From: Escherichia coli 042
GTDB lineage: Bacteria > Pseudomonadota > Gammaproteobacteria > Enterobacterales > Enterobacteriaceae
Assembly (NCBI RefSeq): GCF_000027125.1
Contig: NC_017626.1
DNA length: 64,000 nt
Strand: one strand, 5' to 3'
In this document: positions 10,918 to 25,470 of the stretch, in pieces
Numbering within the stretch: position 1 is the first letter of the stretch
How the letters are laid out: each line of letters opens with the position of its first letter
Notes under the pieces: model-generated
The model's database searches: none
Told to the model about the DNA's origin: nothing
What the model saw: only the letters and a program-made list of their open reading frames with translations
Program-made: the position numbers and the translations under genes

Positions 10918-11020
10918 ATGCCGGATGCGGCGTGAACGCCTTATCCTGCCTACAAAGTCGTGCAAATTCAACATATTGCAGTTTATTGGTAGGCCTGATA
11001 AGCGCAGCGCATCAGGCAAT
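10918..11020. repeat. REP/BIME cluster: two inverted REP units
   Basis: Sequences gccggatgcggcgtgaacgccttatcctgcctaca and taggcctgataagcgcagcgcatcaggc match the E. coli REP consensus. Confidence 0.65.
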
Positions 11021-11199
11021 CTTACGCTTGTCATCAGTGACATACCAATAACCTTATCGATGTGTTGGCGGGAAGAATGAGGCCAAACAGGCACTAATGG
11101 CTTGGTCTTGAATGGGTAACGCGGAATACGAGAGAGGGTGTCACCACATCCTATCAACTGTAATCCGGGCGACCTGCGCCACCCGGAAAACGTCAGAGA

Positions 11200-12129
11200 T
11201 TACTCCCCTTCACCCGGGAACAGGAACGGGTTGATGGAACTGCGGGCGTAGCCTTCTTGCTCCATTCGCGCATCCAGTACCAGAGAGGCGAGGTCATCTG
11301 CTACGGCTTCGATTTTTGGATCTTTTTCCTGATAAAGAATCTTCAGGTAAGTGCCGCAGTCATCGCAGCTTTCGGCTTTAATCGCGGCCTGTTCGTCATC
11401 CAGCGACCAGTAATGCAGTTTGCCGCTCTGCTCGCAGTTGCTGCATTTTACGCGCACTACGTGCCATTCGGTTTCACACAGGTTGCAGTGCAGGTAACGC
11501 AGCCCCTGAGTGGTGCCAATTTGCACCATGCTGGACACCGGCATAGAGCCACATACCGGGCAATATTGACGTTGTTCGCCGTATTCAGCGCGGGCTTTGC
11601 CGGGGATCAGATTAGCCATCTGCGCCCAGTAGAGCGACAGCGCAGCCCAGATAAACGGCGCTTTATCGCTGCTGACGGACGAGAAATCAGAGGCAAACAG
11701 TGCGCTGGCCATATCTTCCAGCTCCTGGGTCGATGCCTTCTCCAGATTCTCAATCACTGCCAGCGCCGGGCCGCTCATTTCAGGTTTCAGCTCAGCAATC
11801 AGCGCCATCAACAGTTTTTGCCAGTGCTTATCACGCGGCAGAACGTGAATATCCAGCGGGGGCTTACCTTGTGCGCTGGCTTCTTTAATGCGCGCAGTCA
11901 GATCCATCTCCAGCGGATGGTCGTACAGCACCACTTCCTGGGCGTGGGCGATAAGCGCAGCAAAGCGCAGGTAATCACCCAGCGGATTATTTTCTGCCAG
12001 CTCGCGCAGACGCTCGGCGCGGCGGTTGTATAAATTCTTGAGCCGAGGGAACAATAACGGCGGAATCATATCCGCCGTACGTTTCTCGCTCGAACCCAGC
12101 TCATCTTGCGGGATTATGCGAATACTCAT
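11200..12129 (-). CDS. fdhE: Formate dehydrogenase accessory protein FdhE
   Basis: 309-aa product with paired CxxC motifs; conserved position downstream of fdoI. Confidence 0.95.
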   Translation of the reverse strand: MSIRIIPQDELGSSEKRTADMIPPLLFPRLKNLYNRRAERLRELAENNPLGDYLRFAALIAHAQEVVLYDHPLEMDLTARIKEASAQGKPPLDIHVLPRDKHWQKLLMALIAELKPEMSGPALAVIENLEKASTQELEDMASALFASDFSSVSSDKAPFIWAALSLYWAQMANLIPGKARAEYGEQRQYCPVCGSMPVSSMVQIGTTQGLRYLHCNLCETEWHVVRVKCSNCEQSGKLHYWSLDDEQAAIKAESCDDCGTYLKILYQEKDPKIEAVADDLASLVLDARMEQEGYARSSINPFLFPGEGE

Positions 12130-12761
12130 TCAGCTTTCTTTTCCGTTGTCTTGCGGACCTCACGGTACCAGCGCGGGTGATGTTTCTTCGCCCAGGCGCT
12201 GGTAACCCATCCTTCCACCATGGCGGTAATCGTGCCTTTTACCCAAAGGGCGGCGTAGATATGCACCATGATAACCACAATTAGCGCCACTGCGGCAAAT
12301 GAATGCAGCATTAACGCGAATCGGATCACCGGGATTGAGAAAGCAGGCGCAAAATAAGGACGCCAGATAATCACGCCGCTCACCAGCAGCAGAACCAGGA
12401 AAATAATCGCCGCCCAGAAAACGCATTTCTGACCGAAGTTATAACGCCCGGTGTCACCTACTTCCTCGTTGACGACGATCTTACGAATATTCTTCGCCCA
12501 AAAGATATCATCCCGATTGATTAGGTTGTGATGCCAGTAACGGAAAAACATGATGATGAACGAGGCAAACATAACCACGCCGACAAACGGGTGCAGAATT
12601 CGCGCCAGCTGCGGTGTGCCCATGATTTGCATCAACCAGTTGAAGGACGGAAACAAAAAGCCAAGCCCGCTCACCGCCGCCAGGATGAAGCAGAAGGCGG
12701 TGATCCAGTGGTTGATACGTTCCGGCGCGGTGTAGCGCACTATGGTGTCACGTCGTTTCAT
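12126..12761 (-). CDS. fdoI: Formate dehydrogenase-O cytochrome b556 subunit
   Basis: 211-aa membrane protein; 4-nt overlap with fdhE. Confidence 0.95.
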
Positions 12762-13660
12762 TTGCGCTCCTCGTCTTTCTCTTCGTGCAGATTATTCTCT
12801 TCCTCATCCGCACGGTTCGGACCGACACCCACGTAGTGGAAGATACTGGCTGCGAAGGTAGCCGCAAAGCCAACGGCTGCGAGCGGTTTCCAGATGCCTT
12901 TCCAGAATTTCACGGTTTCGCTGATTTCCGGGTTCTCCGGCAAGCCATGATACAGATTTGGCTTGTCAGCATGGTGCAGCACGTACATGACGTGTGTACC
13001 ACCAACGCCTGCCGGATCGTACAGACCCGCATTGTCGTAACCGCGGGTTTTCAGCTCAGCAACGCGCTCGCTCGCCAGCGTTTTCATCGACTCTTTCGTA
13101 CCGAAGTGAATCGCGCCCGTTGGGCAGGTCTTCACGCAGGCTGGTTCTTGCCCAACCACCACGCGGTCAACGCACAGCGTACATTTGTAGACGCGGTTGT
13201 CTTCCGGGTTGAGGCGCGGAATGTCGAACGGACAGCCCGCAATGCAATAACCGCAGCCAATGCACTGCTCGGACTGGAAGTCGACGATACCGTTGGCATA
13301 CTGAATAATTGCACCTTCCGCCGGGCACGCTTTCAGGCAGCCTGGATCGGAACAGTGCATACAGCCGTCTTTGCGGATCAGCCATTCCAGTTTGTCGTTC
13401 TGCTCCACTTCCGAGAAGCGCATTACCGTCCACGATTTGGCGCTTAAATCATTGGGGTTGTCGTACACCCCAATGTTATTGCCGACGGTATCGCGAATGT
13501 CGTTCCACTCTGAACACGCCACCTGACAGGCTTTACAGCCGATACAGGTGGTGACGTCGATGAGTTTCGCCACTTCTTCCTGGAAGTCCCGCGCCTGAGG
13601 CGCGGGGGTCAGACCGTTAGTCGCGGAACGACGAATGATATCTTGAGATTGATAAGCCAT
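12758..13660 (-). CDS. fdoH: Formate dehydrogenase-O iron-sulfur subunit
   Basis: 300-aa product with multiple CxxCxxCxxxCP ferredoxin motifs. Confidence 0.95.
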
Positions 13661-13672
13661 ATGTCGTCTCCG

Positions 13673-16600
13673 TTACACCTTTTCCACATTCACAAGGAAG
13701 GACTTAAACTCCGGCGTCTGCGTGTTCGCATCACCAACGAAAGGCGTTAACGTATTGGCAATAAAGCCTTTTTTAGCTACGCCTTCATAGCCCCAGTGAA
13801 TCGGAATACCGATGGTATCGATATCTTTGCCGTTCGCTTTCAGCGTGCGAATACGTTTGGTCACCACCGCTTTGGCTTTGATATAGCCACGGTTGGAGGA
13901 GACTTTCACGGTATCGCCCTGGGCAATGCCAAGTTTATTCGCCAGCGACTCCCCGATTTCCACAAACTGCTCTGGTTGCAAAATCGCGTTCAACAGCGCG
14001 TGTTTGGTCCAGTAGTGGAAGTGCTCGGTCAGACGATAGGTGGTTCCGACATACGGGAACTTATCGGCTTTACCCAACGCTTCGGCGTCGTCTTTAAAGA
14101 TACGCGCAGCCGGGTTCGAGATAACGTTTGGATGCAGCGGGTTAGTTCCCAGCGGCGTTTCAAACGGCTCGTAGTGTTCCGGGAACGGACCTTCCGCCAT
14201 CTTATCAAGGGCAAACAGACGTCCCATGCCTTCCTGCTGCATGATAAACGGCCCTACGCCGCTGCCCGGAGGCGCTGCGCTGTAGTCCGGAATATCCCAG
14301 CCGGTCCACTTAGTGCCGTCCCATTTCAGCAACTGACGCTTCGGATCCCACGGGTTACCCTGCGGATCTGCGGAGGCGCGGTTATACAGGATGCGGCGAT
14401 TAAGCGGCCATGCCCATGCCCAGCCCAGCGTGTTACCGAGGCCAGACGGATCGGCGTTATCACGGCGTGCCATCTGGTTACCTTCTGGCGTCCAGCTACC
14501 GGCGAAAATCCAGCAGCCACAGGAGGTGGTACCGTCATCGCGCAGTTGGGCGAACGAGCTAAGTTGTTGGCCTTTCTTGACGATAACCGCACCGGTTGCC
14601 GGATCGGTAATATCGGCCAGCGCCTTACCGTTGCTCTCCATCGCTACTTCTTCCGACTTCGGCTCATGCGGGATAGCGTAGTTCCAGGTCATGTTCAGCA
14701 CCTGGTCCGGGTTCGCGCCACCCTGTTCGGCATACATCTTGCGCAAGCGCAGGAAGATACCGGAGAGGATCTCGCCATCAGTCAGCGCAATCCCCGGGGC
14801 GTCCGCACCTTTCCAGTGCCACTGCAACCAGCGACCGGAGTTAACGATTGAACCGTTCTCTTCCGCGAAGCAGGTCGATGGCAGACGGAACACTTCGGTC
14901 TGGATCTTCGACGAGTCAACTTCGTTCAGCTCACCGTGGTTCTGCCAGAAGTTAGAGGTTTCAGTGTTCAGCGGGTCGATGGTGACGAGGAACTTCAGTT
15001 TCGACAGACAACCGATCACTTTGTTTTTGTTCGGGAATGAGGCAACAGGGTTAAAGCCCTGGCAGATATAGCCATTGACCTTGCCTTCTTTCATCATCTC
15101 GAAGTATTGCAGGACGTCGTAGCCTTTATCCCACTTCGGCAACCAGTCAAAGCCCCAGCTATTTTCCGCCGTCGCTTTATCACCAAAGAAGGCCTTCATC
15201 ATAGAGACGAAGAATTTCGGGTAGTTGCCCCAGTAGTTTACCTGGCCTTCCAGCAGCGGTTTTGGCGTGTTGGCGGTAAGGTAGGTTTGCAGATCGGTCT
15301 GCTTCTCGCTCGGCAGCGTCATGTAACCCGGCAGGCTCTGCGACAGCAGCCCCAGGTCCGTCAGCCCCTGAATATTGGAGTGACCGCGCAGGGCGTTAAC
15401 GCCGCCGCCTGCCATCCCCATATTGCCGAGCAGCAGCTGGATCATCGCCATCGTACGAATGTTTTGCGCACCAACAGAGTGTTGCGTCCAGCCGAGGGCA
15501 TACAGGAACGAGGCAGTTTTATCGTGAGCACTGGTTTCGGCGATGTATTCGCAGACTTTCAGGAACGCGTCTTTTGGCGTACCACAGATGTTTTCAACCA
15601 CATCTGGCGTGTAGCGGGAAACGTGCTGTTTCAGCAAGTTCCACACGCAGCGCGGATGTTGCAGCGTGGTATCGCGTTTGGCGAAGCCGTTTTCGTCCAG
15701 TTCGTAAGTCCAGGAGGATTTATCGTACTTGCGTTTTTCCGCGTCATAGCCGGTGAACAGGCCATCTTCAAAGCCGTAATCCTCACGCACGATCAGGCTG
15801 GCGTTGGTATAGGCTTCGGTGTATTCGCGGTTGAATTTTTCATTGTTCAGCAGGTACAGCAATACGCCTGACAGGAAAGCAATGTCAGTACCGGAACGAA
15901 TAGGGGCATAGTAGTCAGCCACCGCCGCCGTACGCGTAAAGCGAGGATCGATCACAATCAGCTTCGCGCCATTGTGAATTTTGGCTTCCATCGCCCAGCG
16001 GAATCCGACCGGGTGAGCTTCAGCGGCGTTACCGCCCATCACCACGACGAGGTTGGCGTTCTTGATGTCGACCCAGTGGTTGGTCATCGCACCGCGACCA
16101 AATGTTGGAGCAAGACTTGCTACCGTTGGTCCGTGTCAGACACGCGCCTGGTTGTCGACCGCGAGCATACCCAGCGCGCGGGAGAATTTTTGCGTTAAAT
16201 AGCCGGTTTCGTTACTCGACGCGGAAGCACACAGCATCCCGGTGGAGAGCCAGCGGTTAACGGTCACGCCTTCGGCGTTTTGCGCAATGTAGTTAGCATC
16301 GCGGTCTTCTTTCATCAGTTTGGCGATGCGATCAAACGCCTCTTCCCAACTGATTTGCTGCCATTTATCAGAACCTGGCGCACGGTATTCCGGAAACTTC
16401 AGACGGCTTTCGGAGTGGATGAAATCCACCAGGCCAGCGCCTTTCGGACAAAGTGCACCGCGGTTGACCGGGTGATCCGGATCGCCTTCGATATGGAAGA
16501 TAGATGCTTTGGCGTTTTTTGCTCCGTCACCGAGGCTGTACATCAACAGCCCACAGCCTACGGAACAATAGGTGCAGGTATTACGGGTTTCGCGGGTGCG

Positions 16601-16723
16601 CAGCAGTTTATACTGCCGGGTTTCCGCGAGCGCTACGCTGGGGGCAAAACCCAGTGCCGCTGCCGTGGTGCCTGCCATACCGCCAGCGCAGATCTTAAAG
16701 AACTGCCTTCTGCTGACCTGCAT
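13673..16723 (-). CDS. fdoG: Formate dehydrogenase-O catalytic subunit, selenoprotein with an in-frame TGA (Sec) at 16136-16138
   Basis: Track ORFs 16136..16723 (Tat signal MQVSRRQFFK, ending ...DNQARV) and 13673..16087 are in the same frame and separated only by TGA; the sequence continues HGPTVASLAPTFGRGAMTNHW... as expected for Sec196 of molybdopterin formate dehydrogenases. Confidence 0.9.
16090..16135 (-). promoter_or_regulatory. Candidate SECIS element directing selenocysteine insertion in fdoG
   Basis: Lies immediately 3' of the in-frame UGA on the mRNA and contains the palindromic segment agcaagtcttgct; position matches bacterial SECIS placement. Confidence 0.55.
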
Positions 16724-16916
16724 GGATTGCTCCTTGTTTCGACATTGTCACGTCCCATTTACATTCGCTTGCTGCGTGTGCAGGGAGTGGGAGTTATTTT
16801 TCTTTGCGGAAGGGGCCGCAAAGGTCCAGAATTGGCTCAATTTCCCTCCATCCAGGAAGGGTTTGTAACAGAATACCATAATGTTGGTGTGTGTGTTCTT
16901 ATCTGGTTAAGAGAAA

Positions 16917-17750
16917 GTGAAAAAAACACAGCAAAAAGAAATCGAAAATGTGACAAATGTCACAGGTGTTCGTCAAGTTGAGTTATGGCGGCGTGATGAT
17001 TTACAACACCCACGGTTAGATGAGGTGGCGGAAGAGGTTCCCGTTGCGCTGGTCTACAACGGCATTTCGCATGTAGTGATGATGGCGTCACCCAAAGACC
17101 TTGAGTACTTTGCGCTCGGTTTTTCGCTTTCCGAGGGGATTATCGAAAGTCCACGCGATATCTTCGGTATGGATGTCGTTCCTTCCTGTAATGGTCTGGA
17201 AGTGCAAATTGAGCTTTCCAGCCGCCGCTTTATGGGGTTGAAGGAGCGTCGCCGGGCACTGGCGGGACGTACGGGATGTGGCGTGTGCGGCGTGGAGCAA
17301 CTTAATGACATCGGAAAACCGGTGCAGCCGCTACCGTTCACCCAGACGTTTGATCTCAACAAACTGGATGATGCATTACGTCATCTCAATGATTTCCAGC
17401 CAGTGGGGCAACTGACCGGTTGTACTCACGCCGCCGCCTGGATGTTGCCATCTGGCGAACTGGTCGGCGGGCATGAAGACGTGGGTCGCCATGTGGCGCT
17501 GGACAAACTGTTAGGCCGCCGGTCACAAGAAGGGGAAAGCTGGCAGCAAGGTGCGGTACTGGTTTCCAGTCGTGCCAGTTATGAAATGGTGCAAAAGTCG
17601 GCGATGTGCGGCGTAGAGATTTTGTTTGCGGTGTCTGCCGCGACCACGCTTGCTGTAGAAGTGGCTGAACGCTGTAATTTGACGCTGGTGGGCTTTTGTA
17701 AACCGGGTCGGGCAACGGTTTATACCCATCCGCAGCGTTTGAGCAATTAA
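16917..17750 (+). CDS. fdhD: Formate dehydrogenase sulfurtransferase/accessory protein FdhD
   Basis: 277-aa product; divergent from fdoG. Confidence 0.95.
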   Translation: MKKTQQKEIENVTNVTGVRQVELWRRDDLQHPRLDEVAEEVPVALVYNGISHVVMMASPKDLEYFALGFSLSEGIIESPRDIFGMDVVPSCNGLEVQIELSSRRFMGLKERRRALAGRTGCGVCGVEQLNDIGKPVQPLPFTQTFDLNKLDDALRHLNDFQPVGQLTGCTHAAAWMLPSGELVGGHEDVGRHVALDKLLGRRSQEGESWQQGAVLVSSRASYEMVQKSAMCGVEILFAVSAATTLAVEVAERCNLTLVGFCKPGRATVYTHPQRLSN

Positions 17751-17758
17751 TTAAAATA

Positions 17759-17795
17759 AGTCCTGCGATATATATTAAATTGCAGGACTTATTCA
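17759..17795 (+). terminator. Hairpin downstream of fdhD
   Basis: agtcctgc ... gcaggact inverted repeat followed by a T-rich stretch. Confidence 0.5.
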
Positions 17796-17799
17796 TTTC

Positions 17800-18461
17800 G
17801 TGAATTTTATTATTTTATTTATAAACAAAACGCGTGTAGTGGCGTTAACGCCTGCGCTGCAACCTATTGATGGCGTGGCGGTGAGTTATATTGATGCTGC
17901 CGTGGCGTTGGGTAATACCATTAACGAAATGGATAAATATTACACCCAGGAAAATTATAAAGACGATGCGTTTGCGAAAGGGAAAACGCTGCACCAGACA
18001 TTCTTAAAAATCTTGAAGCCTTTGAACCTGTAGCAGAATCTTATCATGCGGCGATTCAGGAAATTAACGATAAGCGCCAGCTTGCGGAATTGAAAAATAT
18101 TGAAGAAAGAGAAGGGGAAACATTCCACTACTACTCTCTGGCAGTCATGATTTCAGCGAAACAAATTAATAACCTGATATCGCAAAATAAGTTTGATACA
18201 GAAGCGGCAATGAAGAAAGTGTCTGAACTGGAAACGCTGGTGGCGCAAGCCAAAGAAGCGGATAAAAGCGGCATGAATTTCTCGTTTATTAATTCGGCAG
18301 GCCAGTATCAACTCGAGGCTAAAAAATACGTTCGCCGCATCAGAGATAAAGTCCTGTACTCTGACTGGGATAAAGAGCAACTTCAGGACGCAAACTCAAT
18401 CTGGATGGCCGAAGACTCATTTCCCGAGAGCATTATGCGAGTACAACGAAATGGTCGATGA
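17800..18461 (+). pseudogene. yiiG-like gene remnant, frameshifted and apparently N-terminally truncated
   Basis: Two consecutive ORFs (17800..18033, 18090..18461) in different frames read as one protein if a single indel near 17990-18005 is corrected. No signal peptide is present and the ORF starts right after the fdhD terminator. Resemblance to YiiG is recalled only at low confidence. Confidence 0.45.
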
Positions 18462-18881
18462 AATATTTCAGTCAATTGTAATCGCGGGGCGGGTTTGTGA
18501 TGAGCGCGGATATGTCACGAAGTCGTGACAATATAAAGCAGAGTGAAGGATAAATTTTGTGAATAAAGTATCATTATTTAATGATTTTGTGAATGTTTAA
18601 ATGTCTCAGATAATTTGTTTAAGCGTTATTTATATTTGTGGCTTATGAGTCAGCGTGAATCATATCTAATATTTTTTACGATATTTAGTTAAAAACGGCA
18701 CTATTGTTATATTCCTCACGTTCCAGGAAATCAGCGGATTTACTCATATTATATGGCGGGATACTATCCATCGGCCTGCTGAAGTTGGATTAAAAATTCG
18801 AAAGTGCACACCTTATATTTCTCTATATACGTATTCCTTTTGGAAAGCGTAGGGTCTCTTTTATTTCAGGGAACGTAAATA

Positions 18882-20276
18882 ATGAAAAAATCGACATTAT
18901 CTTTAGCCATCGGTTTATTATTGGCATGTAGTACCGGATTGGCAAAAACACAGCATTTAACGCTGGAACAACGCATGGCATTGCTGGAAGAACGCCTGGA
19001 AGCGGCAGAAATGCGGGCAGCAAAAGCAGAGAGCCAGGTTAAACAGCTGCAGACACAACAAGCCGCTGAGATCCGCGAAATTAAGGCTGCCCAGGGCAAT
19101 ACGCCGGTAAATGGACAGGCAACGGCGGAATCTGCAAAGAAAAATTCCACCTCACCTAATCTTTTGCTCTCAGGTTATGGCGATTTAAAAATCTACGGCG
19201 ACGTAGAATTTAATATGGATGCGGAAAGTAATCATGGCCTGCTGGCAATGACCAACGCTGATGTGAATAGCGATCCCACTAATGAACAGTGGAATCTCAA
19301 TGGTCGTATTCTGTTAGGTTTTGATGGTATGCGAAAACTGGATAATGGTTATTTCGCCGGGTTCTCCGCACAACCGCTGGGGGACATGCACGGTTCAGTA
19401 AATATCGATGATGCGGTATTCTTCTTTGGCAAAGAAAACGACTGGAAGGTCAAAGTAGGCCGTTTTGAAGCCTACGATATGTTCCCGCTGAATCAGGATA
19501 CCTTTGTTGAACATTCCGGTAATACTGCGAACGATCTTTATGACGATGGCAGCGGTTATATCTATATGATGAAAGAGGGCCGCGGGCGCTCTAACGCTGG
19601 CGGTAATTTCCTCGTCAGCAAACAACTTGATAACTGGTATTTTGAATTAAACACGTTACTTGAAGACGGAACATCTTTATATAATGACGGTAATTATCAT
19701 GGACGCGATATGGAGCAGCAGAAAAATGTTGCTTATCTGCGTCCAGTAATTGCCTGGTCGCCGACGGAAGAATTCACCGTTTCCGCAGCGATGGAAGCGA
19801 ACGTAGTAAATAATGCTTATGGTTATACCGATAGCAAGGGTAATTTTGTCGATCAGTCCGATCGTACCGGCTATGGTATGAGCATGACCTGGAATGGCCT
19901 GAAAACGGATCCGGAAAATGGCGTCGTGGTTAATCTTAATACCGCCTATTTAGATGCTAATAATGAGAAAGATTTCACTGCCGGGATTAACGCGCTGTGG
20001 AAACGTTTCGAGCTGGGTTATATCTACGCGCACAATAAGATTGATGAATTCAGCGGTGTAGTTTGTGATAACGACTGCTGGATTGATGATGAAGGGACGT
20101 ACACCATTCACACCATTCATGCGTCTTATCAGTTCGCTAATGTGATGGATATGGAGAACTTTAATATTTACCTCGGGACGTATTACTCCATTCTGGATAG
20201 CGACGGTGATAAAAAACACGGTGATGATACTGATGACCGTTACGGGGCACGCGTTCGCTTTAAATACTTCTTCTGA
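18882..20276 (+). CDS. Putative outer-membrane carbohydrate porin (LamB/ScrY-like) with N-terminal coiled coil
   Basis: 464-aa product: signal peptide MKKSTLSLAIGLLLACSTGLA, a roughly 50-aa Glu/Ala/Gln-rich heptad region, then Gly/Tyr/Asn-rich sequence with alternating hydrophobicity and a C-terminal Phe typical of beta-barrel proteins. Preceded by an AT-rich 420-bp region. Confidence 0.5.
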   Translation: MKKSTLSLAIGLLLACSTGLAKTQHLTLEQRMALLEERLEAAEMRAAKAESQVKQLQTQQAAEIREIKAAQGNTPVNGQATAESAKKNSTSPNLLLSGYGDLKIYGDVEFNMDAESNHGLLAMTNADVNSDPTNEQWNLNGRILLGFDGMRKLDNGYFAGFSAQPLGDMHGSVNIDDAVFFFGKENDWKVKVGRFEAYDMFPLNQDTFVEHSGNTANDLYDDGSGYIYMMKEGRGRSNAGGNFLVSKQLDNWYFELNTLLEDGTSLYNDGNYHGRDMEQQKNVAYLRPVIAWSPTEEFTVSAAMEANVVNNAYGYTDSKGNFVDQSDRTGYGMSMTWNGLKTDPENGVVVNLNTAYLDANNEKDFTAGINALWKRFELGYIYAHNKIDEFSGVVCDNDCWIDDEGTYTIHTIHASYQFANVMDMENFNIYLGTYYSILDSDGDKKHGDDTDDRYGARVRFKYFF

Positions 20277-20316
20277 TGAAGGCGCGGTGCTGGATATTTT
20301 CCGGCACCGCAACTCA

Positions 20317-20631
20317 TTAAGGCAGGTAAAACACTTCTTGCAGCTCGCTACTGACTGGGCTGTTATCCGGGTTAGCTGGCATAACGTCGGTCATATATTT
20401 CCACCAACGTTGGCAAACATCAGTACTGGCTACCGCATTCCACCGTTCTTCAGATTCAATCTCTACCGTGGCAAACAGCAGATTACGCGCTTTGTCGAGG
20501 TAAATGGCGTAGTTATGCGCACCGTGAGATTTCAACACTGCTTCCAGTTCCGGCCAGATTGGATTATGCCGACGCTGATACTCTTCGTGGGCGTCGGGGT
20601 TAACCTGCATGACAAAGGCTTTGCGGATCAT
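20317..20631 (-). CDS. rhaM: L-rhamnose mutarotase
   Basis: 104-aa product recognised as RhaM (YiiL). Confidence 0.9.
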
Positions 20632-20640
20632 GTTTGCTCC

Positions 20641-21465
20641 TTACAGCGCCAGCGCACTGGCGAGTGGTGTAACGCCGAAACGCTGGCCGAGCGCTATCAG
20701 CTCTTCACGGCTGATGGTCTGTTTCATGCCGCCCATCGAATAAACCTTCACTAATACTTGTGCTGATTTTTCTGCGGTGTCGATTAAACCGAATGTTTCA
20801 TCCAGTGTCGGACCGCTGCCGAAGACGCCGTGGAAGGGCCACAACACCAGCGAATGTTTTTGCATTTCCTGTGCGGTCGCCTGGCCGATTTCGTCGGTGC
20901 CGGGCACCATCCACGGCAGAATGCCAACGCCATCCGGGAACACTACCAGACACTCAGTGCTGCCTTCCCACAGTTGGCGAGTGAAGACCGCGGTGTCGTT
21001 TTCCAGTACGTAGGTAAGGGCGATCAGGTTGGTGGCATGGCAGTGCATGATCACCCGATCTTTACCGTTGGTGGCTTTAATGCGTTCGCAATGAGAGAGG
21101 AAGTGCGCCGGAAGTTCAGAGGTTGGAACGGCTTCGTGAGTTAGCCCCCAGAGAATATGGTAGCCCGCGCCGTCGCTGTCGACTTTTACGACGCCTAAGT
21201 TAGCCGCAGGATCAAGCTGGACGTTGCGGAAGAATTTGCCGGAGCCGGTGACAATAAACGGTGTATTTGCCAGTAAAGGCATGGGCTGGCTGAGCGGGAT
21301 ATAGCGCGGTTGTTGGTGGAAGTTGTCGTGATACGGTGCGATATCGGCGTCATCCAGGCGCAGTGTCAGGTTACCACCATTGCGCTCGTCCCAGCCTTTC
21401 AGCCAGGCGTCGGTGGTGGCTTTGATCATTCCCTGGACAAACCAGGACTGGGTAATGTTTTGCAT
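20641..21465 (-). CDS. rhaD: Rhamnulose-1-phosphate aldolase
   Basis: Internal ATG gives the 274-aa product [16 protein letters not shown]...; class II aldolase. Confidence 0.9.
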   Translation of the reverse strand: MQNITQSWFVQGMIKATTDAWLKGWDERNGGNLTLRLDDADIAPYHDNFHQQPRYIPLSQPMPLLANTPFIVTGSGKFFRNVQLDPAANLGVVKVDSDGAGYHILWGLTHEAVPTSELPAHFLSHCERIKATNGKDRVIMHCHATNLIALTYVLENDTAVFTRQLWEGSTECLVVFPDGVGILPWMVPGTDEIGQATAQEMQKHSLVLWPFHGVFGSGPTLDETFGLIDTAEKSAQVLVKVYSMGGMKQTISREELIALGQRFGVTPLASALAL

Positions 21466-21489
21466 GTTCTGTGTTCCTGTAAATTCGGT

Positions 21490-21545
21490 GTTGTCGGATG
21501 CACGACCCGTAGGCCGGATAAGGCGCTCGCGCCGCATCCGGCAGT
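21490..21545. repeat. REP element between rhaD and rhaA
   Basis: gtaggccggataaggcgctcgcgccgcatccggca palindromic REP unit. Confidence 0.6.
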
Positions 21546-21547
21546 GT

Positions 21548-24560
<3,013 letters not shown>

Positions 24561-25397
24561 ATGACCGTATTACATAGTGTGGATTTTTTTCCGTCTGGTA
24601 ACGCGTCCGTGGCGATAGAACCCCGGCTCCCGCAGGCGGATTTTCCTGAACATCATCATGATTTTCATGAAATTGTGATTGTCGAACATGGCACGGGTAT
24701 TCATGTGTTTAATGGACAGCCCTATACCATCACCGGTGGGACGGTCTGTTTCGTACGCGATCATGATCGGCATCTGTATGAACATACCGATAATCTGTGT
24801 CTGACCAATGTGCTGTATCGCTCGCCGGATCGATTTCAGTTTCTCGCCGGGCTGAATCAGTTGCTGCCACAAGAGCAGGACGGACAGTATCCTTCCCACT
24901 GGCGCGTTAACCACAGCGTGTTGCAGCAGGTGCGACAGCTGGTTGCACAGATGGAACAGCAGGAAGGGGAAAATGATTTACCCTCGACCGCCAGTCGCGA
25001 GATCTTGTTTATGCAATTACTGCTCTTGCTGCGTAAAAGCAGTTTGCAGGAGAACCTGGAAAACAGCGCATCACGTCTCAACTTGCTTCTGGCCTGGCTG
25101 GAGGACCATTTTGCCGATGAGGTAAATTGGGATGCCGTGGCGGATCAATTTTCTCTTTCGCTGCGTACGCTACATCGGCAGCTTAAGCAGAAAACGGGAC
25201 TGACGCCTCAGCGTTACCTGAACCGCCTGCGACTGATGAAAGCCCGACATCTGCTACGCCACAGCGAGGCCAGCGTTACTGACATCGCCTATCGCTGCGG
25301 ATTCAGCGACAGTAACCACTTTTCGACGCTTTTTCGCCGAGAGTTTAACTGGTCACCGCGTGATATTCGTCAGGGACGGGATGGTTTTCTGCAATAA
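24561..25397 (+). CDS. rhaS: AraC-family activator of rhaBAD
   Basis: 278-aa product with C-terminal AraC HTH. Confidence 0.95.
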   Translation: MTVLHSVDFFPSGNASVAIEPRLPQADFPEHHHDFHEIVIVEHGTGIHVFNGQPYTITGGTVCFVRDHDRHLYEHTDNLCLTNVLYRSPDRFQFLAGLNQLLPQEQDGQYPSHWRVNHSVLQQVRQLVAQMEQQEGENDLPSTASREILFMQLLLLLRKSSLQENLENSASRLNLLLAWLEDHFADEVNWDAVADQFSLSLRTLHRQLKQKTGLTPQRYLNRLRLMKARHLLRHSEASVTDIAYRCGFSDSNHFSTLFRREFNWSPRDIRQGRDGFLQ

Positions 25398-25470
25398 CGC
25401 GAATCTTCTCAACGTATTTGTACGCCATATTGCGAATAATCAACTTCGTTCTCTGGCCGAGGTAGCCACG

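Noticed and set aside
11257-12033. 258-aa plus-strand ORF
   Set aside because: Antisense to fdhE, which has a clearly recognisable product.
12785-13447. 220-aa plus-strand ORF
   Set aside because: Antisense to fdoH.
13796-14851. 351-aa plus-strand ORF (with others at 14391..14681, 15107..15871, 16280..16981)
   Set aside because: All lie antisense within fdoG or its leader; low-complexity Arg/Ala-rich translations typical of antisense frames of GC-rich genes.
13673-16723. fdoG as two separate ORFs or a pseudogene
   Set aside because: The two ORFs are in the same frame and separated only by TGA in the conserved selenocysteine context, so this is a single Sec-containing gene.
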